Positions 9,063-22,100 of a DNA stretch of 64,000 nucleotides are shown in pieces. The stretch is taken from the IMG/VR virus record IMGVR_UViG_3300020048_000110; one strand, written 5' to 3'. A program made the position numbers and the translations under genes. How positions within the stretch are numbered: the stretch's first letter is position 1; every line of letters starts with the position of its first letter. The notes under the pieces are model-generated. The model made no database searches and was not told where the DNA came from. It was given only the letters and a program-made list of their open reading frames with translations. The stretch is from a virus.

Positions 9063-11611
9063 AAAGAAAAGTAAATACATTACAAGGTTTTAAAAAAGGA
9101 GGTAAAAAGCAGGATTGGGTATCTGAAAAGATTTCAATGTTGATGAAGGAAGGTCGCCCTCAAGATCAAGCAATTGCCATGGCACTAAGTATGTGGAGCC
9201 AAAAACATGAAGATGGTGGATACCAACTTCCAATGTACGAAGGTGGAGATATTTTTGGTGAACAAGATAGTTCTACAGGCACAATAGACCCAAACTTTAA
9301 TTTTTCAAGCCCTGTACTTCCAACCTTTAATTTCTCAAGTAAAGTAGCTCCAGATTATAAATTTGGTGAGGCAAGTAAACAAAGTGCATTTCCTACAACA
9401 ACAGGATTTCCTAGTTCAATGAATTTGTCTGCAGTAAATCCAAATAATAAACACCAACAGTTTTTTGCTAACAAATTAGCAGAATCTAGCAACATGGGAA
9501 CTTCTATAGACGGTTCTAAACAAGATAAAAAAAGAGAGGAAGCAAAAAATACTATAACTAGCTGGCAAACACCTCAACTTTATGGAGGAAAAGACATAGC
9601 AAGTTCTGCATATTCATTTGGTAACTACGCAAAAAATAAAGATGTGCCTGGCATGATATTTTCAGGGTTAAATGCCGCTTTACCACTAGTTAGAGCAGGT
9701 GCTGCTGGATATGCCACAGCAAATAGGGATAATTATATCCAGAAAAGTTTTTCAGAAAATTTAAAAGATGCTTTTACAGGAAGAGGAAGTGAAGAAGCTC
9801 TAGGAGCAAATGGAGGATACTATAGCCAAGGAGCAATCTTACCTATGTATCAAGACGGAGATATTTATGGCGACCAAGAAGGTTATAAAAATGACTTAAT
9901 TAGTAAATATGATAGATCTAAATCTTATCCAATGAATCAACAAGAGGAATCAGTTGACGCTGGAGTAGTTCCTGCACAAGAGACTTACATGGGACAAATA
10001 CCTTTGCAACAAAGATATAGTACACCAACTATAGATCCTAACTCAGCAAGAGATGTTTGGACAGCTAAAACAGGATTATCTTGGGCAGAAGCTAAAAAGA
10101 GAGGTTATACAGACGGTTCAGCAAGTGGAAACAAAGCTTTATTAGATAGATTCGGAAAAGAGAATGTTGCAAGCATCTTAGAAAACAAACCTAAAAGAGC
10201 TAGCACTAGAGTAGCAAGAGCAACACAAAATAAAACACAAACAGCACCAAAATCTACGCAAGCACCTTATACTGATAAACAAGCCGCAACTGATTATGCG
10301 AATTATATGGCAGAAAATAAAGCAAAGTATGCAACTGCTAAAAAAAGAGATATGGGAGAGATAAGAGCTGCCCCAGAAGGCAATATGATTACTAGAGCTG
10401 GTGAAATACTAGCCAATCCTATTCAAAGTTTTGGACATCTTGCAAAATATGGTGAAATGCCAGCAGAAGGCTTTTCTAAAAATAATAAAAATGCTTATGA
10501 TCAAGTAATAGGCCTTGCAAATCCACTTTATTGGGCAAATGCTGTAGGAAATGCTGCAGATTATGCTTCAGAAGGAGAATATAAAAAAGCAGCATTTGAG
10601 GCATTAGATGCTTTACCAGCTGCAGGAAAAATTAAATATGTAAGATACTTACCACTTGACAAAGCTAGTAAACTAGCAGTAGAAAAAGCAATACCACTTT
10701 TATCTAAAAAAGGAGCCTTGACTGCTGCAGAAAAAGCAATTGTATATGAAGCAAAAACAGTTAGTGATGTAGCTATAAGACAAGCTGCTAAACCTATTAC
10801 AGGAATGGCTAAGTATTATCCAAAAGGAGCTAACCAAATTGGACAAGGGCCTTTAAATATGTACTACGATCCACTACAACTTGCATCAGGAGCAAGACAA
10901 TTAACTTCCGGAGCAAAACAATTAGGTTCAGGAGCACCTCAACTTTCACAAGGAGCAAGAAGATTAGGCTTTGAAGAAGGAGGATACTATCAAGAAGGAG
11001 GTATGCAACCAGGTCCAGAAGAACAAATGGAAGGACAAATGTCAAATCCACAAGAAGAGGGTACTGAACAACAAGGAGGAGATCAAATGCAACAAATTAT
11101 GCAAGAAGTTTCTCAAGCTCTACAACAAGGAGCTAATCCACAAGAAGTTGTACAGCAACTTGTACAAATGGGAATGCCTGAGGAACAAGCAACTCAAATT
11201 GTGCAACAAGTACTGGAAATGATGCAACAACAAGAAGGCCAACAAGCTCCACCTCAATTAAGAAGAGGCGGTTACTACCAAGAGGGTGGTGAAATGATGG
11301 ATGAAGGTGCAGAAGGAGAAACTCCAAACATGGAACAAATTGAAGGACAAGTTGAACAAGCTTTAAAACAAGGAGCTGATCCACAACAAGTTTTACAACA
11401 ACTTGTTCAAATGGGTATGCCAGAAGAACAAGCAGTACAAATGATACAAGAGATTTTACAAGAAATTCAAGGTGGAGAAACAGAACAAGAAGCTCCAGAA
11501 CAACCTATGATGAGAAATGGTGGAAATTACCTTTCTGCATTAAAAGGAAAAACTATAAAAAACTACACATACAATTCAAAAACAGGAAACTATGATGTCG
11601 AATTCGAATAA
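9059..11611 (+). CDS. Giant Gln-rich repeat protein, virion-associated by context
   Basis: Internal tandem duplication in the C-terminal third: QGA(N/D)PQ(E/Q)V(V/L)QQLVQMGMPEEQA occurs twice and GGYYQEGG twice. LPMY(E/Q)(G/D)GDI(F/Y)G(E/D)Q also occurs twice nearer the N-terminus. Confidence 0.5.
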   Translation: MKRKVNTLQGFKKGGKKQDWVSEKISMLMKEGRPQDQAIAMALSMWSQKHEDGGYQLPMYEGGDIFGEQDSSTGTIDPNFNFSSPVLPTFNFSSKVAPDYKFGEASKQSAFPTTTGFPSSMNLSAVNPNNKHQQFFANKLAESSNMGTSIDGSKQDKKREEAKNTITSWQTPQLYGGKDIASSAYSFGNYAKNKDVPGMIFSGLNAALPLVRAGAAGYATANRDNYIQKSFSENLKDAFTGRGSEEALGANGGYYSQGAILPMYQDGDIYGDQEGYKNDLISKYDRSKSYPMNQQEESVDAGVVPAQETYMGQIPLQQRYSTPTIDPNSARDVWTAKTGLSWAEAKKRGYTDGSASGNKALLDRFGKENVASILENKPKRASTRVARATQNKTQTAPKSTQAPYTDKQAATDYANYMAENKAKYATAKKRDMGEIRAAPEGNMITRAGEILANPIQSFGHLAKYGEMPAEGFSKNNKNAYDQVIGLANPLYWANAVGNAADYASEGEYKKAAFEALDALPAAGKIKYVRYLPLDKASKLAVEKAIPLLSKKGALTAAEKAIVYEAKTVSDVAIRQAAKPITGMAKYYPKGANQIGQGPLNMYYDPLQLASGARQLTSGAKQLGSGAPQLSQGARRLGFEEGGYYQEGGMQPGPEEQMEGQMSNPQEEGTEQQGGDQMQQIMQEVSQALQQGANPQEVVQQLVQMGMPEEQATQIVQQVLEMMQQQEGQQAPPQLRRGGYYQEGGEMMDEGAEGETPNMEQIEGQVEQALKQGADPQQVLQQLVQMGMPEEQAVQMIQEILQEIQGGETEQEAPEQPMMRNGGNYLSALKGKTIKNYTYNSKTGNYDVEFE

Positions 11612-13397
11612 AGTATCAATACCAAAAGAAGTTTTTGAAAACATTTTCTTTAAAGAAGGTGGTCAAAAAACAACTTCTGATAAAGAACGTTTACACAAAT
11701 CATTGACAGGGGAATATCAATTCCCCTTAGATGAAAAAAATCCTATTACGGAACCTAATGCAGAGATTGAAAAAGGAGAGTATCTTTTTGATTCTAAAGG
11801 TATTAGAAAAGCCATGGGTAAAACTCATGAAAAAGGAGGAACACCTGTAAGCCTAGAAGATGGTACCAGAATACTAAGCGACCATTTAAAAATAGGAAAC
11901 ACTTTAGCTAAAGAGTTAACTAAAAACTTTGGTATAAAAGCAAATGCTACAGACACTTATGCAAAGATACTAGATAAATTTGGTAAAAAAATTGGGCTAG
12001 ATAAAGCCAATGAAGAGTTGGAAGAATATATTGCAGCTTTAGATAAACAAAAGGTAAACATCAAAGAAGAAGAAACCTATAGTTTAAACAAAGAATACTT
12101 GACAAAAGAAATAAATGAGTATTCTAAGAAAAAAGAACCGTTAGAAAAACAAAGAGAGCAGTTTTTTAACTATATTTTCTCAAAACAAGAAGACGGTAAA
12201 AAGCAAGAAAGTGCTTCTAAAATGCAATTTGGTGGAGAGTTTATGGACTTAGCTAATAAGTACGGTATCTCCAAAGAAAGAGCTATGGAGTTAATGCACA
12301 CTTTACCAAAGCACCAAACTGGTACAGCAGGTACAATAGATGGAGAAAATCCAGAATTAGTACTTAAAGCAAACGAACAAGCAAGTTGGGAGAAAAAACC
12401 TTTTGGAGAAGGGAGATTACCACACACTACAATAGAAACTTCCGATAATGATGTATGGAAAGGAGAAAACTACGGTAAAGTATGGAAGCCATGGGTGGAG
12501 ACTTCCTTAGCAGATCCAGCAAAAGCTAAAAAAGTAGATGACTACTTGACTAATTATTCCGGAGAGTATGCAGATAGAGTTAAGTCTAACTTAAAAGGTC
12601 TAACAGGACAAGCAAGAATAGACAGAATTAGACAACTAGCTACAGATTCAAAACCGGGGCCATTTCATAATGCAGTTTTAGCAGCCTTGAGATCTACACA
12701 AAAAGCTCCTCCAACAGAAGGTGTAGTAACACCTGAAGCACCAGATCCTTTTCCAGATGTAAATGTAGTAAAGAAGAGATACGCATTAAACTTACCAGAT
12801 CAAACTCCATTATTTCCATCTTCTGCGGATATGCACTATATGGCAAACAGAGAATATGGTTTTGTAGAACCTAGCCTTATCTCTCCAGAGAAGCAATTAG
12901 AAGAGATGGATAGAAATAGGTTAGCAGCTGAAGCTAGAAGCCAAGACTTACCAGACTATCTAAGAGCTGGACAAGGAGCTGCATTAACAGCAAACGCAAA
13001 CGAAGGAACAAATAAAGTAATTGCTGATGTAAACAAATTTAATGCTCAAGCTAAACACTCTACTAATATCTTTAACCAAGGGCAAAGAGATAGAACTACA
13101 GACGCAAAAGCTGCAGATGCTATGGACTTAGAGAGAAAAACCCTTATGGCTAAAAATATTACAGAACAAAACCGTATAGGTTTCTATGACAGGTTAGCAG
13201 AAAATCAATCTAGAAATTGGGACACAGTTAATAAGTTCAATGCTTACAATGCTTTAAATCCAGATGTACAGTTCACCGGAGAAGGTTATGAGGTAAACCC
13301 ATTAAAAATTACAGCTAATCAAAAAGACTGGTTAGAAAAACTTTATGGACAAACTAAAACACCAAAAGTAAAGTTCGGAGGAAGATTTAAAAAATAA
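11592..13397 (+). CDS. Large hypothetical structural protein, 601 aa
   Basis: Long ORF whose start overlaps the previous stop. No motif recognised. Confidence 0.5.
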   Translation: MMSNSNKVSIPKEVFENIFFKEGGQKTTSDKERLHKSLTGEYQFPLDEKNPITEPNAEIEKGEYLFDSKGIRKAMGKTHEKGGTPVSLEDGTRILSDHLKIGNTLAKELTKNFGIKANATDTYAKILDKFGKKIGLDKANEELEEYIAALDKQKVNIKEEETYSLNKEYLTKEINEYSKKKEPLEKQREQFFNYIFSKQEDGKKQESASKMQFGGEFMDLANKYGISKERAMELMHTLPKHQTGTAGTIDGENPELVLKANEQASWEKKPFGEGRLPHTTIETSDNDVWKGENYGKVWKPWVETSLADPAKAKKVDDYLTNYSGEYADRVKSNLKGLTGQARIDRIRQLATDSKPGPFHNAVLAALRSTQKAPPTEGVVTPEAPDPFPDVNVVKKRYALNLPDQTPLFPSSADMHYMANREYGFVEPSLISPEKQLEEMDRNRLAAEARSQDLPDYLRAGQGAALTANANEGTNKVIADVNKFNAQAKHSTNIFNQGQRDRTTDAKAADAMDLERKTLMAKNITEQNRIGFYDRLAENQSRNWDTVNKFNAYNALNPDVQFTGEGYEVNPLKITANQKDWLEKLYGQTKTPKVKFGGRFKK

Positions 13398-13410
13398 AAA
13401 GTTTAATTAA

Positions 13411-13442
13411 TTTGCATATAAGTAAAAAAAGAGTTACTTTTG
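13411..13442 (+). promoter_or_regulatory. Bacteroidetes-type sigma promoter upstream of the 899-aa ORF
   Basis: TTTG at 13411-13414, a 20-nt spacer, then TACTTTTG at 13435-13442. A TTTGCATAAAATT motif is shared with the 31.5 kb intergenic region. Confidence 0.55.
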
Positions 13443-13459
13443 CATAAAATTATTAATAA

Positions 13460-16159
13460 ATGGCTAACGCATATTCAGCACCGATAAATTACGGAAGATA
13501 TATAGAACATGATAGTGTCCAACTAATAGGACAGGTACAAACAGCACTACAACAAAGATATGATGCAAATACCGCTAAGGTAGATGAAATGATATCTATG
13601 GTGTCAAATGTTCCATTGATAAGAGAAGAAGATAAAAAGTACCTTGGAGAAAAAATCCAAGGTCTTTTGTCTATGGTTGATGCCAATTCAAAAATAGATC
13701 TTACAAGCAATAACATTACTAGACAAATAACTAACTACATTAGTACAGCAATAGACGGCAATGTAAAAAAACAAGTAGCTAATTCTCAAAAGATAATGTC
13801 TTTCCAAAAAGACATGGAAGACTTACTCACTAAAGACCCAAAATTATACAACGAAGGTAATGTAGCTTATGCTCAAGATAAAGCTGGATACTCTGATTAT
13901 ATTAGTGGAAAAACTAACGACTTAGGTAACCTTTCCTACAATCCATACGTAGACTATAAAACTACAACTATGGAGAAAGCTATAAAACTAAAGCAGTTAA
14001 AAGGTGATCAAGAGATAGAGACCGTAATGAATGACGAGGATGGGAATCCTACAATCAAGCAAAAAGTTAAAATCAGCGGTTTAACACCAGAGGAAATTAT
14101 CAAATACTTTCCAGAGATGTTGACAGCACAAGAAGAAAAACAGATGGCTATAGATGGTTGGAATTCATTAAGAGGAGCTAAACCAGACCAAATAAAAAAA
14201 ATAGCAGATGACTACTTTAGCAAAATGAAGTCGGGTGTATCTGAGAAAATAAAAGAATTAGATAATATTATAAATAGCGGAAATACTTTTTCTCAAGCAA
14301 AAAGAGAAGAAGCAGCTAGGATAAAAAAACAATACGAATCAGACTTAACAAACATAGGGAGTAAAGAGAAAAACGTAGATAAGTCTAATCCAGAAGCAGT
14401 TGGTTATATGGTCAATAGGTCTGAGTTTATGAATTCTGCAACAGGTTTATTCTCAGGAAGACAATCTGTAACTTATGAAACAAATGAAGTATACTTTAAG
14501 AAGCAAGATTTAGAAATAAAAAGAGAAGAGTTAGCTCAAAAGAAAATAGAGCACGCTGCTAAAATGAAGAAGGAGTATGGACAAGCCGCTGATGGATCTA
14601 CTTTACCTTCAGCAGATTCTGGAAGTTTTGTAAGCTCTGCTATTGCAAATCAAGAAGTTGCACCTTCAGATTTTTATGCAACTACAAAAGAAGCTTTTAA
14701 TAAAGCATATGATACAATTGTATCTACAGGAGAAGCAGTATATAATGACCCAACTATAAACGCTAGTAATAAAGATGCTTATAAAAAAGGTTTAGAGAAG
14801 TTTAACTATACCATAAAAGGTGGAAAGGTTGTTTCAACACTACCAGAAGGTCAAAATAAAAATTCAAAAGCAGCAGCTATAGAAATAGCTTTTCATGAGA
14901 GTGGTATAAGTAAAATTAATAATGGTTACGATAAAGTAATTAGTGACGCTAGTGAAGTAAGATCTCATTTATCAGATGCTTTAGTGAAAGCAGAAAAAAA
15001 TATAGGAAAAGATTTTGACACAGATGATTATGTAAGTAGTTTTGAAGATGTATATAAGAAAATGAATTTCCAAAACACAGAAGGAGGATTCTTATCATCT
15101 CTATACAAAGATACTCCTGAAGAAAAAGCAAAGTATTCTCAAAAATTTAAATCTTTTATAGACAGCCATGGAGGAATAGAAGGTATTAAAAAAAGAGCAA
15201 AAACTGATAGAAGTCTTTTAGTAACTATGAAAAACTTATGGGATGAAGCAGCAGATAACTTAAAAGAGGTTACTAACATATTTGCTCCAGACCCAACAAA
15301 AACTACAAATAAAATAGGAGAAAGCTTGCAAAACTCAGGTATAAAAAATTATGTTGATGCTAAAAAAAGCGTAAATATAACTACTGAAGATTCAAGAGCT
15401 AAATTAATAAACATGTTGCCTCAACAAATTAGAGATATCAAAGGGAATGTGACTGCTTCAGGAGTAGGAGATTTTGACCCTAAATCAGGTATGACTATAG
15501 AAAAAGGAACTGATTATTATGATATCATACAAGACAGAGGTACCAAAACAGACATTAAAGGAAGTACAGTAGGGGTACCATCTGCAACAGCTAGAGTATA
15601 CAAAGGTAGTGAAGCTTACAAGTATATAGAAGCAAACACTGAAAAACCAGGGTATAAAATAGATGTTAAAGGAGTAAATGACAGCTATAGAATAAAACCT
15701 CTAGTAAAACCAGAGTTTTATAGCAGTAATGATAGGGAGATTGTATCAGAAATGAAGGGTAAATATAATGACCATGTGAATAATGAAGTAAAAACAGCTT
15801 TAACAAACATGGTAGGTATTAACCCTACAGTATTTTTAACTAAAGAAAGTACAAGAGCCTACATGGAAAATATGTTTAATGGTAGAATAGAGCCTGCTAA
15901 AATAGAGATTTTATTAAATAAGATAGAAGCAAATTTTAGTAAATATAAAGTAGAGCTTTTACCAAATAGAAGTAAAGATTGTTGGTCAGTAAGTTTTAAA
16001 TCTCCATACGCAGCTTCTGCTTATATTAGTAATTTTAACGATAAGCCAGAATTAAATTCTGATTTTGCGTATGTTTTAAAAACTATGCCACAAATACCTA
16101 TTATGATAGAAGTTGTAAAAGTATTGAATAGAGATGTAAAAAATATAGATAAGATATAA
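13460..16159 (+). CDS. Large hypothetical structural protein, 899 aa
   Basis: Long ORF preceded by a promoter. No motif recognised. Confidence 0.5.
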   Translation: MANAYSAPINYGRYIEHDSVQLIGQVQTALQQRYDANTAKVDEMISMVSNVPLIREEDKKYLGEKIQGLLSMVDANSKIDLTSNNITRQITNYISTAIDGNVKKQVANSQKIMSFQKDMEDLLTKDPKLYNEGNVAYAQDKAGYSDYISGKTNDLGNLSYNPYVDYKTTTMEKAIKLKQLKGDQEIETVMNDEDGNPTIKQKVKISGLTPEEIIKYFPEMLTAQEEKQMAIDGWNSLRGAKPDQIKKIADDYFSKMKSGVSEKIKELDNIINSGNTFSQAKREEAARIKKQYESDLTNIGSKEKNVDKSNPEAVGYMVNRSEFMNSATGLFSGRQSVTYETNEVYFKKQDLEIKREELAQKKIEHAAKMKKEYGQAADGSTLPSADSGSFVSSAIANQEVAPSDFYATTKEAFNKAYDTIVSTGEAVYNDPTINASNKDAYKKGLEKFNYTIKGGKVVSTLPEGQNKNSKAAAIEIAFHESGISKINNGYDKVISDASEVRSHLSDALVKAEKNIGKDFDTDDYVSSFEDVYKKMNFQNTEGGFLSSLYKDTPEEKAKYSQKFKSFIDSHGGIEGIKKRAKTDRSLLVTMKNLWDEAADNLKEVTNIFAPDPTKTTNKIGESLQNSGIKNYVDAKKSVNITTEDSRAKLINMLPQQIRDIKGNVTASGVGDFDPKSGMTIEKGTDYYDIIQDRGTKTDIKGSTVGVPSATARVYKGSEAYKYIEANTEKPGYKIDVKGVNDSYRIKPLVKPEFYSSNDREIVSEMKGKYNDHVNNEVKTALTNMVGINPTVFLTKESTRAYMENMFNGRIEPAKIEILLNKIEANFSKYKVELLPNRSKDCWSVSFKSPYAASAYISNFNDKPELNSDFAYVLKTMPQIPIMIEVVKVLNRDVKNIDKI

Positions 16160-16160
16160 T

Positions 16161-19100
16161 ATGCCAGACTATAATAAAAAAGATGTTTATTTACAGAATT
16201 TTGATGCGGAAAATGCCGCAGCAAGTGGCTTTACAGGGCTTGATAATTTTAGCACAAATGATGTAGCACAAAGTATAAGAAATTCTTATCTTCCACAAAA
16301 AGACAATAGACAAAAGAAAAACAAGGAAGTACTAAATGACTTCCTTTCTATACAACCTGCTAGTTCATATACCTATGGAGCACCAGTAAAAGTAGAAGAG
16401 AAAGCAGGATTCACAGAAAAGAATTATAATGTTGGAGAGCTTTACACTACACTTAGAGATGGAGAAGTAGTAAAAAACTTTGAAACTTATACTCCTGGGA
16501 TAGACAACTACGAAAACCATGCACAAAACCAATCTACTGCTGAAAAGTGGAAGAATGGTGCTATTAAATTTGCAGGGCAAACTGTTACAGGTATAATAGG
16601 TGGAACATTAGGTACGGTCTATGGAATAGAAGAAGGTATAAGACAAGGATCTTTTAGAGCTACTTATGATAATGACTTTGGAAACTACTTAGATGACTTA
16701 AATGAAAAGTGGAACATAGAACTCCCTAATTATTACAAACAGTCTGAAAAAGAAATGGGATTTGTAGAAAGTATGGGTACTGCTAATTTCTGGGCTAAAG
16801 ACGTACTTGGTGGTGCAGCTTTTACAGTTTCTGCAATTGGTTCAGAGCTTATATGGGATTATGCTACAGGAGGTGCTGCTTTAGCTACTTCTGCAGCTAG
16901 ACTTGGTGCTAAATTTGAAAGATATTTAGGAAAAGGAGCAAGTGCATTAGGAAAACTTGATGATGTAGCGAGAGCTAAAAATCTAACTATTGCACCAATA
17001 AGGAATACCTTTAACAAAACAACAGAAACTGCTAAGATGTTTTCCACAGCAAAGATGCCTACATGGTATGCTACAGCTTTTGGTAAAGCCGGTGCTTTAG
17101 CTAATACAGCAAGGTTTGTATATACTTCTGCAGGATTTGAAGCAGGATTCGAAGCAAGACATTATATAAGAGAAGAAGAAGATAAGTTCTTTGCGGATTT
17201 TGAAAAAAAGAACGGCAAGAAACCTGAAGAAGCAGACATAGCAGAGTTTCAAAAAAACTTGACAGATTCAGCAAATTCACTTTACGGTTTTAATTTAGCA
17301 GTAGTAGGTACTTCTAACTTAGCAACAATCGGTAAAATCTTTAATTTTAAGAGCCCACTTAAAGCTCCTAGTTCATGGGTTAATTCAAAACTATTCGGTG
17401 TTGGAGCAAAAGCAGAAGCTGGAGAAATTATTGCAAAACAAGCAACAAAAGCTCAAAAGATAAGTCAGTATGCTTATAGTATAACTAAACCTATGTTTGT
17501 TGAAGGTTTATATGAGGAAGGTATGCAATCAGTAGGTAGTAACACTGCTAAAAAATGGATTGAATCAAAATACGATCCTAAGTTAACAGAAGGAACTTAC
17601 AGTTTAGGTAACGCTTGGAATGATAGTCTTTCACAAACTTATGGCACTAAAGAAGGGTTCAAAGAAGTTGGTATAGGTATGATTGTCGGTATGATTGCTG
17701 GACATGGAGTAAACTTAGTAAAAGGAAGAGGTTTAAATGCAGAGTTCTCTAACGAGAAATACAAAGCAGAAGCATTAGCAAACATGTCTAAGTACTATTC
17801 TCCTAAAAAAATGGCAGAGACTTTTGCATACGGCAATAGAGTGCAGATGGCCACAAATTCAGAAAGTACTGCAAAGAGAAAAGGAGATTTTACAGGGGAG
17901 GAATTAGCAAGACAGTCTTCAGTAATAGCACAAATGAACTATGCATATAACTTAGACTATTTTAAAGAAGTAAAAGAAGACTCTATTATAGCAATAAAAA
18001 ATATTGATAATGAGACTTTAATGGACCAATACGGAGTAGACGAATCTGGAGCAGAGGCCCTTAAAAAGTCTATGATAGAGGAGTATAAAGAAACTGCCGA
18101 TACTTATAAAAAGTATAGAGACTTTGCAGAATACTATGTAGGAGACAACTTAAAAGCCGAAGAATCTTTAATAGGAAAAGGTGGTACTTTAGGAGAACAT
18201 GATTCAAAAAGCATAAAAGAGGCTATAGCTTACGAACTTACTTTAGGAGAAAAAGCACACAGTTTTTCTGGAGATCTTCTTCAAGCTATAAAAGAGAAAG
18301 TAGCTAGTACTATTGTTGGAGAAGGTATATCAGAAGCATTAACTATTGATGATATCTTAGCAAAAGCTGGAAAAGATGCAAAAATTCAAGCAGACAATAA
18401 AATAAATCAAATTGAAAAAGTCAATAAGGAAGTAGAAACTATAGAAAAAGACTACAAGCAACTTAAAAAGACTTATGATGATTCTGTTTCAGAAGAAGAA
18501 AAGAAATCTATTCTTGGTAAATTAGATGCTTTAACTTCTAAAAAACAAGAACTTACTCAAGAAAAAGAGCAGTTGAGAAAAGAGTTTGAAATTTTAGTAA
18601 ATACTTCTAAAATGAAAAATCCTTTTGGTAAAGACAAAGGTACTGTAATGATATCTGGAGATACTCTAGATAACTTTAGAAGTAGAACTCAACAAGTAAA
18701 AGATTTAATAGATGGTTATGATAAGATAAACCTACAAGACTCTTTACAACTAAAGAAATTAATACAAGAGTACGGAAAGTCTTTAAATGCTTTTCAAAGA
18801 TACTCAGACCTTTCAAAACAGCTATCTGATCCTAAATTAGGGCTTAGAGGTAGAAGAAACTTAATTGCAGAAATAAGAAGAGATAAAACTCCTTCAGAAG
18901 CAACTGTAGAGACATTACAAGGCCTACTAGACAAAGATAGATTAACTGAGAGAGGAGAACAAGCTTTAGTAGAAAGAGCTGGGGAAATCGAAGGATTAAA
19001 AGCAGAAGTAGAAAAGATAAAAGAAGCAGCTAAAGCTGGTGCCTCTATTCCTAAACCTACTGCTGAACAAATACAAGTTACCAAAGAAGAAGAAATACAA

Positions 19101-22100
19101 GCTATAAAAGATGAGTATGATGTAAAGATAGCAGAACTGTCTAAATCTACTGTTAATACAAACCAGCCTGGTAAAATAATTAATGGGCAGTTTATTCCTG
19201 ATAATTTAGGTACACAAATGGCTGAATCTATGGTTGCAGGACTTTCAAGACTTTCGATAGTTGCTAAACTAAGAGAGCAAGAAGAAAAAGAGCTACTTTC
19301 AAAAATACCAAATGCAAAAAATGCTTTAACAAATGGCGTTGTAGACAAAAACAAACTAACTGATCCAGAAGATATAGCTAAGTTTGAAGAAATCTACGAT
19401 AAATACGATAATTTAATAACTCCTTTACTAGAATATCAAAAAAATATTGATATAATATCTACTCCAGTAGCTGATATAGTAGAAGAGTTAAGTACATTAA
19501 GTACCTTAGAAGAAAAACTAAATTGGTTAAAAGATAATAATTTATTATCTACAATCAATGTTAAAGGCAAAGAGTACAATGTAGTTGATTACTCAGATAG
19601 AGTAATGGTAATGATGAAAATAGGTCAATACAATATACCTTTTTACATTAGCACCGGTCAAGCAGGTAAGAAAAATGTAAAAGCAGGTAATTGGTATGCT
19701 GTTTTTGGTATTGGAGTAGAAGCTGGATGGATAAATAAAGGTTCAGAAGAGCAGATAAACGACAGTTATGGATTTAAATTATTTGAAAAACTATCTAAAA
19801 TACTTAACGAAGGTATAGGTACTATAGAGAGTAGAGAAGATAATGGTAATGGTAGATTAAAAGATGGAATAGGTTTTTTAAGCGACTCTAAACAAGATTT
19901 AGAAGCCTTTAACGATATCATGAACTTACCTACAAAACCAGCTGGAAGAAATACTTATGTTAGTGAATTCTATGACCATGTTAACAGTACGTTATCTTTA
20001 TTAAATAATGAGTTATCTAAAATAGGTACACCTACAAAAACAGTAGATAACAATAAAGAAATTAACGAACTTAAAAAAGAGAGACAAGCTAAACTTGCAG
20101 AAGTAGAGAAAAAATACCCTAAGTCTACAGAAGAAAGAAAAACTCTTACAGAAGAGATAGTTGATATTTTAGAAAACAGTCCTTACTTAGTAGAATATGT
20201 AGGAACTAACGTATCAGAATTACAACCTACAGAAGAAGAGATAACTGAGTTTAGAGATTTAGCAGAAAAAGCAATAAACGATCCAAAAGTAAAACTTGAT
20301 GCTATTGCTTTTAAAAATCCTTACGGAGTTAGTGATTTACCAATGGGTAGAAAAATCATATCACTTTCTAAAGAAGAAGTTAATAGATTACAAGAGCTGA
20401 ATAACAAAATGGCCAATTGGCAACTTTTACAAGCTGCTGCAAATCAAGCCGGGGTTTCAATAAAACAAATTATTGAACAAGACATAGCTAGAAAAGCAAA
20501 AGCTGCAGAAAAAGGTATAGGTACAAAGTTAACAGATACTGAATTAGTAACTAATACTACTATTCAAGAAGACGAGAGTAACTTAGATAAAGAAGGAGCT
20601 AAAAATAGAAATGAGGAAGTTCTACAAGTAGCAGAAGGTTCTTTTATAAGTAGAGGAAGAGGTGGAAAAATGAATATTCATTACCACACTTTGCCAGGAC
20701 TTTTAAAAAGAATGGTTGATGTAAAACCTAGAATTACTGTTTTTAAAACTGAAAAAGTAGGGAATAAAGAAGTAGTAGTAGATAGTACAAGAAAAGAAAT
20801 ACTAAATACAGAACTGTCAAATTATCTAGTCCCAGGATACCACTATCAATTAGCTTTTGAAGATGGTACATCAGTAGAGATTACAATGGAAAAGAGTTCT
20901 GCTCTTTCTTTCAAAAACAGAGAAGATCTAGAAAAAGTTTTATATAGTGCTGATTTAGAGTATGTAGAAAGCACTTTAAATAGAAACGGTGGATATATAC
21001 CAATCTATGACACTCTTACAGGAAGAAAAGTAGCTACAGATTTTCAAGTAGAAGATAACTACTCTCCAGGCCAAATTTACGATATAGCTTCTGGTGAATC
21101 TGTATTCTTTAACTTAGATATGTCAGACCCATACAATTTACAATTGTTAGAGGAGTACAATCAAGAGATTAGAGATAACGTAAGAGATCCAAAAGAAGTA
21201 TTGTCCGATTTCAAAGATTCTATAAAAGTAAATATTACAGACTCTTCTGATAATTCATTAGGGATATTAAAAGCAAATTATGATACTAGAGATCTAAGTA
21301 ACTTCTTAATCCTTAGAGAAAAAGCAGCAGAGTTAGCTTTGGAACCGGCAAATCTTGGTAAAAAAACTGCGATACCTTATACAACAACTGTTAAACATAT
21401 ATTCTTAGGAGCACCTAATCATTCTTTTGAAGATGGTATCTTGAAATATTACGATATAAAACCAGAGTTAGTAAAAGGTTACGGTTATATAAGCAATGGA
21501 GAATTAGTATTAAAAGGAGTTAAAGCATCAACTGTAAGAAAAGAGTATGTTAAAAAACTGTATAATAGAGAAGGTACTCCAGTAGTAGTTTTACAACAAG
21601 GTAAGTACTTAGTAGCTTTTCCTTTGAACTTAATAGAGACAGAAGCAAATCTTGGAGATGAATTCAAAGAGAAACTTCTAGAATCTACTAATATAGCAAA
21701 TACAGTTTTAGAACTAAACCAAAAATTATTAGAGAAAGGCTTATCTCCTAGAAAATACAATTTGTATTTTGTTAGTGAAGAAAACCAAACACTCTTCGAT
21801 GAAAATGGGGATAGTTCAGAAAAGCTAACAGAAGCTATTAATGACCTTAATGCTATAAAAGAAACTGCCGATGTTAAGACTTGGATGGATAGAAATCATA
21901 CAGCCAAAGATTTAGCAGAACAAGCAAATATAGGACTAGATATGACTAGAGACGCATTCTCTTCTCCTAAGCCGATAATTGATTTTATGGGAGATACTTT
22001 TGTAGCTACAGAAGTAGACCAAGATTATTCTGATACTCAGAAAGCATTAAATGCAGCAGAAGTAGTATTGGCAATAGCAGAGAAATCTACAGCTACTACC

